A DNA stretch of 64,000 nucleotides from the NCBI RefSeq assembly GCF_001194135.2, contig NC_068998.1:3511584-3575583 (forward strand). Direction: 5' to 3'. The position numbers and the translations under genes are program-made. How positions within the stretch are numbered: position 1 is the first letter of the stretch; every line of letters begins with the position of its first letter. Below the pieces are notes generated by a model that was not told the DNA's origin, did no database searches, and worked only from the letters and a program-made list of their open reading frames with translations. The stretch is from Octopus bimaculoides (taxonomy: Eukaryota). This document shows, in pieces, positions 52,471-64,000 of this stretch.

Positions 52471-55400
52471 GCATACATTTGTTATAGATGCAATATAGAT
52501 GCACATGTAAGTTTTCTAAATGGGAATTGTCTAAACTGTGCAATAGTCTGACACAATTCTATGAACAGATGTCCATCCATTAATGGGTGATCACAGAAAT
52601 TTACTTCAAGAAAATAAAGAGACGGGTGGGTGAGTGAGTGTCCTTTTTAAACATTCATATTCATGTTTGTCTACGACCATAACAGGGTGGGAGGAAGGTC
52701 AGGTGGAGGATGGGGTTGGATGGGTTAGCAAAGTGAAGTGGAAGAGCTACAACCATTACAAAAGGACACTTGCCATAAACTTAAGTAATCAAACAAAGAA
52801 CATCTTAAGTTAGATTTTTTTTTTAATAGTGTAAACAAACAAACAATTGCTAGTCGTGATAGTAAAAAGTAGGTAACTAGGAAGGTATGAGGGTAGTGGT
52901 AGAGTAAATGTGGTGACATGTCAGAAGTGGTCTGATCTGTTTAAGTATTCAATCTTGGTCACCAGTTTCTGTGTGTCATTTTCTCAGTGTCTATTCTCTT
53001 ACCAACTTATCTAATATTACACAAACAGACAGACACATATGTTTAGATATATATATATATTTATACACACCACAAATATACATTACATTAACACACACAC
53101 CTTATATCACCTCATTTAAAGCACACAAAGCATTCACAAACTGCCATCTAAATCACACCACCTCGGGTTGAACACGTGTTCATCAGTCACTTTTGCAGGA
53201 CGACCACAAAAATAAAATCTCATCTGAATAGATTTACCTATTTGTGTCTATCCTTAGTAGTTTTATTCCTTTTATATTTTCTTTCGGTTATAACAATAAA
53301 AACTGGGACAGCAAAAGCTTCAGTGTTATGAAACAGGAAGTTGTGATACCCTTCAGAAAAAAGCATTAATAGCAACGTAATAGGTGAAACAGGTAGAAAA
53401 AAAAAAAATTAAATGGGTGAGTTGATGAGGAAATGATTTAGAAGATAATACATATTTTTCTTCGTCAACATAGTCCTATTTAAATTACTGCTAAATCAGT
53501 TTCGGACATAAGCATAAGGTCACACATTAGAATGGAGCATATGGTTAATTATAACGACCTCATTATTTGACAGGTACTTTAACTCCAGGGGATAAAAAAC
53601 TAAGTTGACTCGAGACAAACCCTTTAGCATTTAAACTGGCTATATCCGGCCCAAATAGTTTACTTGTTTTATATTCAAACCGGTTAGATCTGGCTTCTCA
53701 CATCTATGCTATAATGTCATCCTAAAAAAACAAATCACATTATTGGATCTTAAAGCTACAAGATAATGTCTGATTAATTTTGTCAATTGTTTTACTGAGT
53801 TTACCAGTCCACTGTCCTTGATTTCTGATAGAAACCCAAGGTTATAGAGATGAGACCCAGGCACAATAGATTATATGACTGTTGCATATTTTTAGCCACG
53901 TGGAAGGATGAAATCCACAGCAGGATTTGAACCTGGATAAAAAGGGGAAGCTGTCTGATATTTAATTATGTCCCAATAAACACCAATAATTGTTTCAAAT
54001 TTTGACACAATTTTAGGGGGAAGGGTTTTAGTTAATTTCATTGACTCCCATTACTTGACTGCTACTTTGTTTTATCGACAGCAAATGGATAAAATATAGA
54101 GTTGACCTCAGTGAATATTTGAACTCTGAATGTACAGGGCCAGGAGAAATGACACTAAACATTTTATCCAATGTACTAACAATTCAGCCAGATCACTGCC
54201 TTAATAATAATAATAATGGTTTCAAATTTTGCCACAAGGGCAACCATTTTGGGGGAGGGGATACGTCGTATATATGTGTATGTATGTGTTTGTCACCCCA
54301 CCATCGCTTGACAACCGATATTTACGTCCCCGTAACTGAGCGGTTCAGCAAAAAAACCTATAGAATGAGTACTAGGCTTAGAAAGAATAAGTCCTGGGGT
54401 CGATTTGTTCGACTAAAGGCGGTGCTCCAGCATGGTCGCAATCAAATGACTGAAACAAGTAAAAGAATAAAAAATCATAAATACAAAAAGACTATTAAAA
54501 CAAAAAAAAAAAAGAAAAGCCTCACTATCCTTTTTTCCCTTTCTCATGAGGTATGGGACTTCGAAAGGCCAGCTATCACAAAACTGTTGATATTTTTTCT
54601 TTGTAAACACCGGGTTCGTGGCAAGTGAAAAGAAAGCATCACCATCATCATCGCCGCCACACCATTAGTCAACAACAACAGATTTAATTAATATTGTTAA
54701 TGACGATGCAGAATGGCTTCTTCCTGTTAGTAGGTGAAGGTGAGGAGAAGCAGAGCAAATAAAGCTTGCTCTAAATATATTACTGGTACGTATTTTTATA
54801 GAACAGGGAAGCCAAATGATTGTGTAAATGTGAGAAGGGGGGGGAGGGACACACCCAAGAGGCTAGCAAGACGAAGAGTACGGCGCTGGGGTAGCTAATG
54901 ATAGAGTGGAAGGAATAATAATAGTACATCAGTAGAATGGTGGTGGTGGTGCTGCTGGTGGTAAGAGCCACGTGAGAGGTGAAGTAAATATTGCGTTGTT
55001 TATATTAGGTAGTGTGTGACTGTAGTGATGCGGCGGTGGTGGTGATGCTGGGAGGAAATGGTAGCGGAGGTGGGTAGCGGTGGTAGGTCGTTGACTGGCA
55101 GACGGTCTATTTTAATGGAGGCGCGGAGTTCCTGAAATATAAATAACAACATCGCCCTCACACACACACACACGCGCGCGCGCGCCATCATCAGAGTCAG
55201 AAGCAACATCAGCATCATCACCAACACTACCAGCACCAACTACTCTAACACTAGCCAACGAAAGAGCCTCTAAGGTGGTTGCTCGCCTTGCTAGAAATAG
55301 AAACAAATCAACATGTCCCCCACCAGCCTACCTACACACACCAACGTCACAGCAGAAGCACTGCCAGCACCAGCATCTCCAACAATATCATCATCATCAA

Positions 55401-57263
55401 CTACTCTAACACTAGCCAACGAATGAGTCTCTACTTGGTCGCTGACTTTGCTAGAAATGAAAGCCGAAGTGTCCCTTGCTTCACAAGCCATTATATTGAA
55501 CATATATATATGTATTCCACGATACACAATTACTGGAAAAATGATGAGCTGATCACGTTTAGAATATCTTTGATCATAGTTCTGCTCGATCGAGACTAAC
55601 CAAGGGTTAAACAATCTACAGCTTCAACATCACCAACCAAATTCCAAAATAAGATGCCACTGTAAGTTAACAGACACACTGAAGTAAAAACAATAAAGTC
55701 TGGCAGCCTAATAAGTTTACGATTATCTTTATGAACTTTATAGAAATTATTGTTGTTTACAATACTAAGCAGAGGGAATAAATATATACACATTAAGCCA
55801 TTATACATACATACACACACACACTTAGGCCAGGAAGAGGCATCGCGATGTTTTCGACAAAGCACAAGGTCACTCTTGTAAAGGGACAGCAGAGTACACG
55901 TCGTAATCGAATAGACCCGTGTATGTTACTGGTACTGTTAACAACAATAAGTATATATATTGATAATGATTGCTAACACGACAACAAAAGCAAACAACGA
56001 AGATATTGATTTTACTGATTCGAGAGGCTTCATCTCTGTCTCTTCCGTTGTCAAAGACTTCATCATAGTCGATGAGATGGGGGGGGGGGAGTAGGGTACA
56101 CAGAAGAATTCCAGAATAAAATATGGCTCGAATAAAATAATAGATGATGATGATGGTGATGTGTGACTACTAAATTTTAACAGAAAACACCTACGACCAA
56201 CCATAAATAGCACATCAGTTGAAGTGTGTGTATGCGTATACACCCATCCATACACACACACAACTCACATCCACAGAGACAGCGAGGAAGAATACGTGTG
56301 TATATATATGTGTATATATGTATATATATATACGTGTGTGTGTGAGAGAGAGTGTATACCCGAATGCTATACTACAGTAATATATGTAAAGAAATACAAA
56401 TCAAACGAACGAACTGAGGGATACATTTGGACGAAATTCCAAACACGTATTCGTGAGTTCGATTCATGTTGCATGGAACTGAGCTCGAAGTAGTCCACTT
56501 ATCGGGGGTTCGAGTTTTGGTCGCTTTCATTACCAGACCCTTGGGAAATGCATGAACTTCACAACATACCATTTTTCCTTCTCTCTAAATAACACGACCA
56601 TGCGGAGTCAATACATATTTACATACACACCTTTGACTAATGCTTATAGTGTTACAGTGGTAACGTTTTCTTTTTTTTTGGGGGGGGGGTGATGTGACGA
56701 ATTTAAATTATTCAAATATTCCTGGGTTTCGTTTAATCAAAAATCGTGCTTGATGAGTAATAATTTTTCCATATCATTATACACACACGTATATACGTGT
56801 AAGTACATATGCACGTATAGGTACGTATATACATACGTACATACATAGATACATACATGCGTATGTACGCCTACATACACACAACATATACATACGTGCA
56901 CATGCATCTACACACGCATATACATACATACGTACACATACATACATACAGCTATTCACACACGTGCTTATGTTAACATATCCATCGCACACAATCGCTC
57001 AGCTTCATAATCATCACAGAGATATCCATCAAAGGGTGACCAGTTCCGTTGACTACCATCGACATCACACTCACCCCATCCCCCTCTAATTTTCTTCGAG
57101 AGAGAGAGAAAGAAACACCATCTCCAAAGACATCTTCGATTCAACCGATGGGACATTAATGTTGCGTCATTCATATATATATAAATATGTGTGTGTGTGT
57201 AGTCGTCTCAAGAATGCCTAAGTCAAGGGAAAATAGACACTCGTATATTCGTCAACAGAGTGA

Positions 57264-57303
<40 letters not shown>

Positions 57304-58227
57304 GTGTGTGTGTGAGTCATTATACCTACTTTTTTTTTGTCAAATATATAAGTGAAAAGGCTGTAGTCAACAACGAGGAAGAAATAATAAACCAGAGATA
57401 TGGAAATGCCCATTGAACAGCAGTGCTAAGCATTATACACATACACACACGATTTAATATTAATAATCGGGGTAAAAGTGCTTTCAATACATGGTAGAGG
57501 TTGATAATATTTTATTTTGGTCGAGCCATGCGGTTACTACTCCGAGTTTCACCTGAAGGCACACAGGATCTTCAGGGAAATTGTGATTTCAAAATTGATG
57601 GGGGTCAACAGATTTGTATGTATAGTTATATGTATAGTCATAGGGTGGTGTGATGATGGGGATAGAAATGTGTTAACCCCGTCGATTTTCCAGTCACAAC
57701 TTGCCTAAAGAGCCCGTACCCCCTACAGAGCGGAAACTCTGAGTAGCAAGGGGCTAGCTCGACTCAACCTTTGTTTGTAGACTTTACACACACACATACA
57801 AACACACACGTATGTAGTCAAAATATATGTATAAATATGTACTTGTATGGTGTTTGTCAACACAAACCCTTGAGTAGTCAAGAGATACATTCATACACAC
57901 ACACACATATATATATATACATATATATGTATATATATATAAATGCATCCCTGTATAGTCGAAATATGTATATAAAAATGCACTTGTATATAGTGTTTTG
58001 TACACATAAACCTTGCGTGTAGTCAATATACAACACGTATATACACATACATATATATACACACACATATATATATACAAACACATACATATACATACAA
58101 ACACATATATATATACAAACACGCACACATATACAAACACACACACATATATATATTTATATATATATATATATATATACACAGACAGACACATATATAC
58201 ACACATTCGTGTGTAGTCAAAATATGG

Positions 58228-58264
<37 letters not shown>

Positions 58265-59011
58265 AACAGCATTTTATTATTTTGAATCTGAACCCAGTAA
58301 ACAGAAATAGAAGATGATTACTAAGCAACATCTTCGAAGAAGCAGAAAGATGCTTACTCTTTTTCTTTTCCCTGCTTTTTCTTCTTTTTTTCAGTCTTTA
58401 CTTCTTTAAATCATTTCAAAAGACAAAAACTCGCCAGATTTTAAATATATTTGTTGATGTTTTTTTCTGAAAACATGGCTCGTTTACAGTGCGTGGCCAT
58501 AAAACGGTGATCGGTTTTGGTAGAGAGAACTATTGCAGATCGATCCCCGACTTCGTGGCCAAACTCGCCAGCGTTTTTCCCCGAAAGCCAACAGCCATCC
58601 ATGTTGGATATTCAACAACAAACGATGGGGGGAACCAACAAACACCACAAACACACGCTTATATTCACGCACAAATATATAAACAGATCGGATTTTTGGG
58701 CTTTTCTACGTTGATGGATTTCAAATAACGAAAAAGACACCCAGTATTAATGCTTTGAACGAATAAATAAGATAGACTCATCTCACAAAGCGAACGTCTT
58801 CCTTCCTACTCAGTATACGAACATTCAAACGTCTACAATAAACATGGTTAAATATTCCTGAATTAAATAAAAACCGAATGAACTAAGATATCTCCGTAAA
58901 TATACAATGTATCCTGATATATTTAAACGAGTTAGAATCATATTTGGTTACCTGAAGAGGATGTAAAATCCCAAACAGTGCCAACGTCAACAAAGGAAGA
59001 CGCGCCGCCAT
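23598..59011 (-). CDS. Gene 2 (5 coding exons: 59011-58952, 39202-39174, 35967-35890, 24170-24035, 23732-23598): WBP1/WBP1L/VOPP1-family single-pass type I membrane protein, 145 aa
   Basis: GT-AG introns with consistent phases (0,2,2,0); 438 nt spliced. Protein: [146 protein letters not shown] signal peptide, the C-C-CC-CC module and LWYFW before the TM helix are hallmarks of the WBP-1/VOPP1 family. Orthology within the family is not resolved, so no symbol is given. Confidence 0.9.
24035..24170 (-). CDS. Gene 2 coding exon 4 (TM helix and juxtamembrane region)
   Basis: ttctctctcttccag|G TTC GGT ... GCT|gtatgt; 136 nt. Confidence 0.92.
35890..35967 (-). CDS. Gene 2 coding exon 3 ([26 protein letters not shown])
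   Basis: ctctctttcag|G ... TG|gtaata; Cys-rich WBP-1 motif. Confidence 0.93.
38131..38292 (+). mobile_element. SINE family B 5' module (representative)
   Basis: ...ccacatggtttcaggttcagtcccactgtgtgacacattgggcaagtgtcttctac...gaaactgaaaagaagacc. Other copies at 16675-16830(+), 36320-36490(-), 42520-42670(-), 61580-61740(-), 63058-63212(+). Confidence 0.7.
39174..39202 (-). CDS. Gene 2 coding exon 2 (29 nt, [10 protein letters not shown])
   Basis: tttttcttaatatttcag|GTT ... AA|gtaagt; joins exons 1 and 3 in frame and supplies the first Cys. Confidence 0.85.
43949..44164. mobile_element. piggyBac-type MITE
   Basis: TTAA on both sides, termini CCCTTT.../...AAAGAG; related copies at about 29010-29237, 32093-32250, 44975-45165 and 53620-53780. 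Confidence 0.65.
46915..47049 (-). mobile_element. 5'-truncated SINE family A copy with 14-bp TSD
   Basis: atatggtgctcatg at 46901-46914 and 47050-47063; internal 22-bp tandem duplication. Confidence 0.75.
47620..48060 (+). mobile_element. Full-length SINE family B: tRNA/CORE-like head, (TG)n, 3' module, A-rich tail
   Basis: Same three-part order in inverted copies at 45990-46349 and 34205-34470. Confidence 0.7.
51375..51895 (+). pseudogene. Degenerate RTE-clade LINE ORF2 C-terminal fragment
   Basis: Disrupted frames give [29 protein letters not shown] and [14 protein letters not shown], typical of the region downstream of the RTE reverse transcriptase. Confidence 0.7.
58952..59011 (-). CDS. 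Gene 2 coding exon 1 (signal peptide [20 protein letters not shown])
   Basis: cacaATGG Kozak-like context in a CpG-rich patch; ends CAG|gtaacc. Confidence 0.85.
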
Positions 59012-59087
59012 TGTGCCGCCGCCGTCGTCGTCGTCGTCGTTATATGAATGACCCTTGACGTTTCGCTTATATCTGTCGTCTGCTCAG

Positions 59088-59147
59088 CTCGGTACTGCTC
59101 GGTACTGTTCGATACTACTCGGCACTACTCGGCATTGTTCGACTCGT
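59088..59147. repeat. 10-bp tandem repeat (consensus CTCGGTACTG), 5 units plus a degenerate sixth, upstream of the gene 2 ATG
   Basis: ctcggtactg ctcggtactg ttcgatacta ctcggcacta ctcggcattg ttcgactcgt. Confidence 0.85.
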
Positions 59148-59215
59148 ACTTTATTATTTAAAAACATTATCATTCATTTACTACTACTATCATTCGTTAC
59201 TAGTTTGTTTGTTTC

Positions 59216-59218
<3 letters not shown>

Positions 59219-59254
<36 letters not shown>

Positions 59255-59327
59255 GTTACTGTTGTTATTATTACTATTATTATTATTATTATTATTATTG
59301 TTATTGTTGTTATTATTATTGTTATTG

Positions 59328-59359
<32 letters not shown>

Positions 59360-59405
59360 GTTATTGTTGTTATTATTATTGTTATTGTTGTTATTATTAT
59401 TATTA
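59219..59405. repeat. (TTA/TTG)n microsatellite running into a gap
   Basis: Read directly from the sequence; explains the poly-Leu/poly-Tyr ORFs. Confidence 0.95.
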
Positions 59406-60844
59406 NNNNNNNNNNNNNNNNNNNNNNNNNNNNNNNNNNNNNNNNNNNNNNNNNNNNNNNNNNNNNNNNNNNNNNNNNNNNNNNNNNNNNNNNNNNNNNN
59501 NNNNNNNNNNNNNNNNNNNNNNNNNNNNNNNNNNNNNNNNNNNNNNNNNNNNNNNNNNNNNNNNNNNNNNNNNNNNNNNNNNNNNNNNNNNNNNNNNNNN
59601 NNNNNNNNNNNNNNNNNNNNNNNNNNNNNNNNNNNNNNNNNNNNNNNNNNNNNNNNNNNNNNNNNNNNNNNNNNNNNNNNNNNNNNNNNNNNNNNNNNNN
59701 NNNNNNNNNNNNNNNNNNNNNNNNNNNNNNNNNNNNNNNNNNNNNNNNNNNNNNNNNNNNNNNNNNNNNNNNNNNNNNNNNNNNNNNNNNNNNNNNNNNN
59801 NNNNNNNNNNNNNNNNNNNNNNNNNNNNNNNNNNNNNNNNNNNNNNNNNNNNNNNNNNNNNNNNNNNNNNNNNNNNNNNNNNNNNNNNNNNNNNNNNNNN
59901 NNNNNNNNNNNNNNNNNNNNNNNNNNNNNNNNNNNNNNNNNNNNNNNNNNNNNNNNNNNNNNNNNNNNNNNNNNNNNNNNNNNNNNNNNNNNNNNNNNNN
60001 NNNNNNNNNNNNNNNNNNNNNNNNNNNNNNNNNNNNNNNNNNNNNNNNNNNNNNNNNNNNNNNNNNNNNNNNNNNNNNNNNNNNNNNNNNNNNNNNNNNN
60101 NNNNNNNNNNTGAAATAATTATTATTGCATGCTATATTTATTATTAAATAACATTATTTTTATTCTCATTATTATTTGCAAATTGTTTGCGATTGTCGAC
60201 TTTGCCTTTCATCGATAAATTACGTACCAGTTACGCACTGGGGTAGATGTAATCGACTAGTCCCCTCCCCCAAAATTTCAGGCCTTGTGCCTATGGTAGA
60301 AAGGATAATTATTAGCAATTATTACTTTCTTTTTATCGTTAATCATATTTTTTTTTAGAATTTTCCATGAAGGTTGACAAAAAAATAGTTCCAGTCAAGT
60401 ATTGGAGGATGACAGAATCAACTGTTTCTGTTTCCTCAATGTTATATAAAAAAAAAAAAAAGCCTCTTAATTTTCTCTTGAACCAAACCCTCGTCAAAAT
60501 CTTCAAGTGCCACTTGAAGAGGAAGCAGCACTAAAGCAGGTGGCACTTCTTTTTGGAAAAAGTGTAAGAATGACAAAATTAGAATTGGTAGCTGTTGTTT
60601 GGAGGCAAAAACTGTAAGAAGGCACCAGCCTTTGCTATCCCTGATTAATCAGAGGTTGTGCATAGGGGGCCATAGATTACCTTAAAGGGACATCCCTCTA
60701 TCTTTGAACAAGGTGGGTGTCCACTTTGTCCCTTTTCTTTTTTCTTGTTAGTTTTGTTGTTCTATATTGTTATGGTTGTTTATTATTTATTTAAAAAAAT
60801 ATTCATTAATGTCTTTATGGTCAGTGTTGATACCATCATCATCA

Positions 60845-60969
60845 TGGACTTAAGAAGTATCAGATGGGGTGTGCAAGAGAGACGACTGTTGGTGTGGTCA
60901 TGTGTTGCATACGGATGAGGGCAGCTGTGTGAGAAAGTGTCACACCCTAGCTGTGGAAGAGTACAAAGG

Positions 60970-60970
<1 letters not shown>
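60845..60970 (+). pseudogene. RTE LINE ORF2 fragment
   Basis: GLRSIRWGVQERRL-WCGHVLHTDEGSCVRKCHTLAVEE, followed by a (CAT)n tract. Confidence 0.6.
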
Positions 60971-61003
<33 letters not shown>

Positions 61004-61013
61004 CCATCATCAC

Positions 61014-61064
<51 letters not shown>
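60971..61064. repeat. (CAT)n microsatellite
   Basis: Read directly from the sequence. Confidence 0.95.
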
Positions 61065-61526
61065 TTGCTATACTCTGTTCCAGGCTGTGAACACAAGGTA
61101 GTATCAGGTGATTGCTTCAGGCTGATTTTCCTGATTGTTCATGCTCTAAATATTCGTGACATTGTATCTTCCTTTGATTATCTTTACAAACGAAAGCATT
61201 ATCTACTTTTCATCTGTCCAAGGTCAATTCAGCAAGTAACAGCCAGGCATGCTGAAGTTGATTAAATTGATTAAATGCCATTTCCAAATATATACCTTTA
61301 TGTCACACCATCTTTTAATGTTCACTTTTGCCATGCTTGTACGGATCACACAAAATTTGTTGACGCTGATTATTTTCTACTGTCAGACGGCCTTCTTGTC
61401 ACCAACCCTCACCTACTTCCATATCAGGTAAATCTACCTGCCATTTTTCACAGAAGATTAGATACAAAACAACCCCACCTGTATTACATAGCTACTCGTT
61501 TACAACCATCAAGACAAGAGCACACA

Positions 61527-61564
<38 letters not shown>

Positions 61565-61743
61565 AATATACATACATATATGATGGGCTTCTTTCAGTTT
61601 CTGTCTACCAATTCCACTCACAAGGCTCTGGTCACCTCGAAGGTGTAGTAGACAACACGTGTCTAAGGTGCCAGGCAATGGAACTGAACCTAGAACCACA
61701 TGAATTGGAAGCAATTTTAACGACAGAACTATACCTGTGCTGA

Positions 61744-61791
<48 letters not shown>

Positions 61792-62286
61792 CATTATTAT
61801 TATTATTTAGATAATTTCATAATAACATAACACGTATGTTTGCGATACATATATAATACAAAACCGTATTAAAATACCAAAACCGAAAAAAAAAAACACA
61901 AACATAAGTGAAGAAAGAAATGAAAAAAGAAAAGAAAGAGGAAAAGAGGAAGAAAGAAAGAAAAAGAAAGAAAAATCATCGGTTCAAATCTCTTCAATTG
62001 GTCACATTTTATTTAAAACTGAAATTTTTACTTAGCTGCTTTTTTTATTCTTTTAATTTTATTTAGTGTTTTCTAGCGCCTTTCAGCTTTGGAAACAGTG
62101 CTTATATATATAATTTTGAATTGGCGATCCTAGACTAAACGAGTTCACAATATTTCTTTATAATTTCAGTAAATATCTTCGAGAGTTTTGTCCCTTTAAT
62201 AATTCTTTAACCAGTTATCTCCCTTCCCGCACGCACACGCAGTGTGAGAGAGAAAGTTAATATATAAACTGAAAAATACGTTTGTA

Positions 62287-62689
62287 CAGTACAGGATCCC
62301 TTACACGGGTTCCAGAAATCCAGGAAATACTGTACACAATACGGTGCAATACTGCATTGTGTATTGAGTAAACAGACTTTGTTTTCGAAGTTGATTATTT
62401 TGCATACAGTGTATTAAAAATAGTTTTGTCTTTACTTTAAGGTTAAACATACTCTGCCTTAGAATTGTATTAATTTGCACCTGTATCTTTTACCTGTATC
62501 GTATTCTTTACTTTTCTTCGTCTAATTTTCATCCTATAAACATTACACTGTATACATAGTACAATATAATGTATTTTAAGTGGATTACTAAATAAAAAAT
62601 GTTTTGTAGACTTTCTCCAGAAAACTGAAAAATCCAGAAATCTATGACATTTTTGATTCCAAGCTTACCAGATATTTGGTCTGGTACTG
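62287..62689. mobile_element. Degenerate pogo/Tigger-like MITE
   Basis: TA|CAGTAC...GTACTG|TA termini with internal ccagaaatcc motifs. Confidence 0.45.
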
Positions 62690-63939
62690 TATTTTAAATT
62701 GAATGAGTTTGCTTTAAATTAAGCATGGTAGTTGTGGAATAGCTACCACTACCTCATGGGGAAGGAAAAGGGTAACATAGTGAGGGACAAATATGTAAGA
62801 CAAATACAATTTAATTCTTGAAAAAAAATTTCTTTCAGAATTGTAATTCCTCTCATTTAAAAGGCAATTGAAGAGGGGAAAAAAATACCCTCCAGTTCCT
62901 TGCCTTTAATTTAACCATACAACCACACCTACGCATACAAAACTTCCACAACGTATACATCATGGACAGAAAATATAACACAGCGGCAGTCCCATACTTG
63001 GGGCACTTAAATGTATTTATGTTCAGCCAACAGAAGGAAAAGTAAAACGAAAGTGAGACATGGCTGTGTGGTTCAGAAACCCACTTTGCAGCCATATGGT
63101 TTCAGGTTCAATCCCACTGTGTGGCATCCTGGCCAAGTGTTTTCTATTATAGGTCATTGCTAACCAATGACTTGTGAGTAAGTTTGATCGATGAAGATTG
63201 CGTGGAAACCTGTCAGGTAAATATATGTATGTGTGTGTGCATGTGCGTCTTTGTGTTTGTGTCCAACCACCACTTGGGTGGGGCAGGAAAGATATATATA
63301 TATATATAAGAAAGTTTGCATGTATGTGTGTGTGTGTGCATATGTGTATGTTTTTTATGCATTCGAAAACTGAGTTGCCGATTTTGATGTATGGGGTATC
63401 AAAAGATTCAGTAATCTTTCAGCTGCCAAATAAACTTTATTTTCATTTACATATTTTCTACGTTAACTCAACAACCAGCTTAAATTATTTGAAAGACACT
63501 GCTCTACAACAACCAGGTTTCATTAGAAAGTGAAAACAGTTTAACACTTTCAATTTAAACCAACATTACAAAGTATTGCATTATGAAAGTGACAATGTGT
63601 GAATAATGAAAGTACTATAATAAAGCTGCCGATCATCTATCGGTATATATAAAGGCTACCAAATAAACAATGTTTTTGGTGCAATAACTATTTTTTATTA
63701 CTGAAATAACCTTGGAAACGAGGTTGGGTCACACAATTTTGAGGTCATTTTCGGGCAATATTTCTACTTGTTTCTAATGTTTCACTTGCGTCCAATGTTT
63801 CACACATGCATAGACTTCTACTCAGACAAACATTTATGAAAATGCACATATAAATATTGTATTAGAATAAGCCACAATCAAAAAAATTTCATTAAAAGAC
63901 ATCCATTTTTCTCTGTATGTTATGAGGAAATACAGCCAC

Positions 63940-63947
63940 TCACTCTC

Positions 63948-64000
<53 letters not shown>
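63940..64000. repeat. (CT)n microsatellite
   Basis: Read directly from the sequence. Confidence 0.95.

Noticed and set aside
55938-56261. - strand ORF ending in a hydrophobic stretch ([20 protein letters not shown]), a possible micropeptide or alternative first exon
   Set aside because: In-frame stop precedes any donor, the 5' part is microsatellite-derived, and there is no other support
57560-57690. - strand TPPYDYTY peptide and cag|gtgaaa donor in gene 2 intron 1
   Set aside because: The reading frame is closed by stops on both sides and has no start or acceptor
57780-58230. Repeat-spacer appearance suggestive of CRISPR
   Set aside because: Eukaryotic intron; the anchor is only 8 bp, spacers are microsatellites and there are no cas genes
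60111-64000. Possible + strand gene divergent from gene 2
   Set aside because: No convincing exon chain; the region is SINE, RTE and MITE fragments and microsatellites

Overview
AT-rich, gap-containing eukaryotic genomic DNA, dense in microsatellites and SINEs. The repeat families look like those of an octopus or other coleoid cephalopod; this is my recollection of those families, not a database result. There are no prokaryotic operons, CRISPR arrays or rRNA genes, and nearly all ORFs in the supplied track are artefacts of N-gaps, microsatellites or repeats. Two complete spliced genes can be assembled by hand from GT-AG junctions with consistent phases. (1) A 5-exon + strand gene (6096-15345) encodes a 191-aa uncharacterised type II membrane protein with an 8-Cys ectodomain. 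(2) A 5-exon - strand gene (59011-23598) encodes a 145-aa WBP1/VOPP1-family single-pass protein that lacks the family's usual PPxY motifs. A third, unidentified - strand gene probably starts head-to-head with gene 1, at a CpG-rich promoter carrying NRF1/ETS/YY1-like motifs, and runs off the left edge. The rest is tRNA-derived SINEs, RTE LINE and Tc1/mariner remnants, and several MITE families. Two of the MITE families have 8-9 bp target-site duplications and telomere-like (TTAGGG-type) cores. Several long inverted repeats lie inside the transcription units and could form dsRNA. I see no clearly novel multi-gene system. The best leads are the uncharacterised membrane protein (with a possible alternative signal-peptide first exon), the PPxY-less WBP1/VOPP1 protein, the telomere-core MITEs and the intragenic hairpins.
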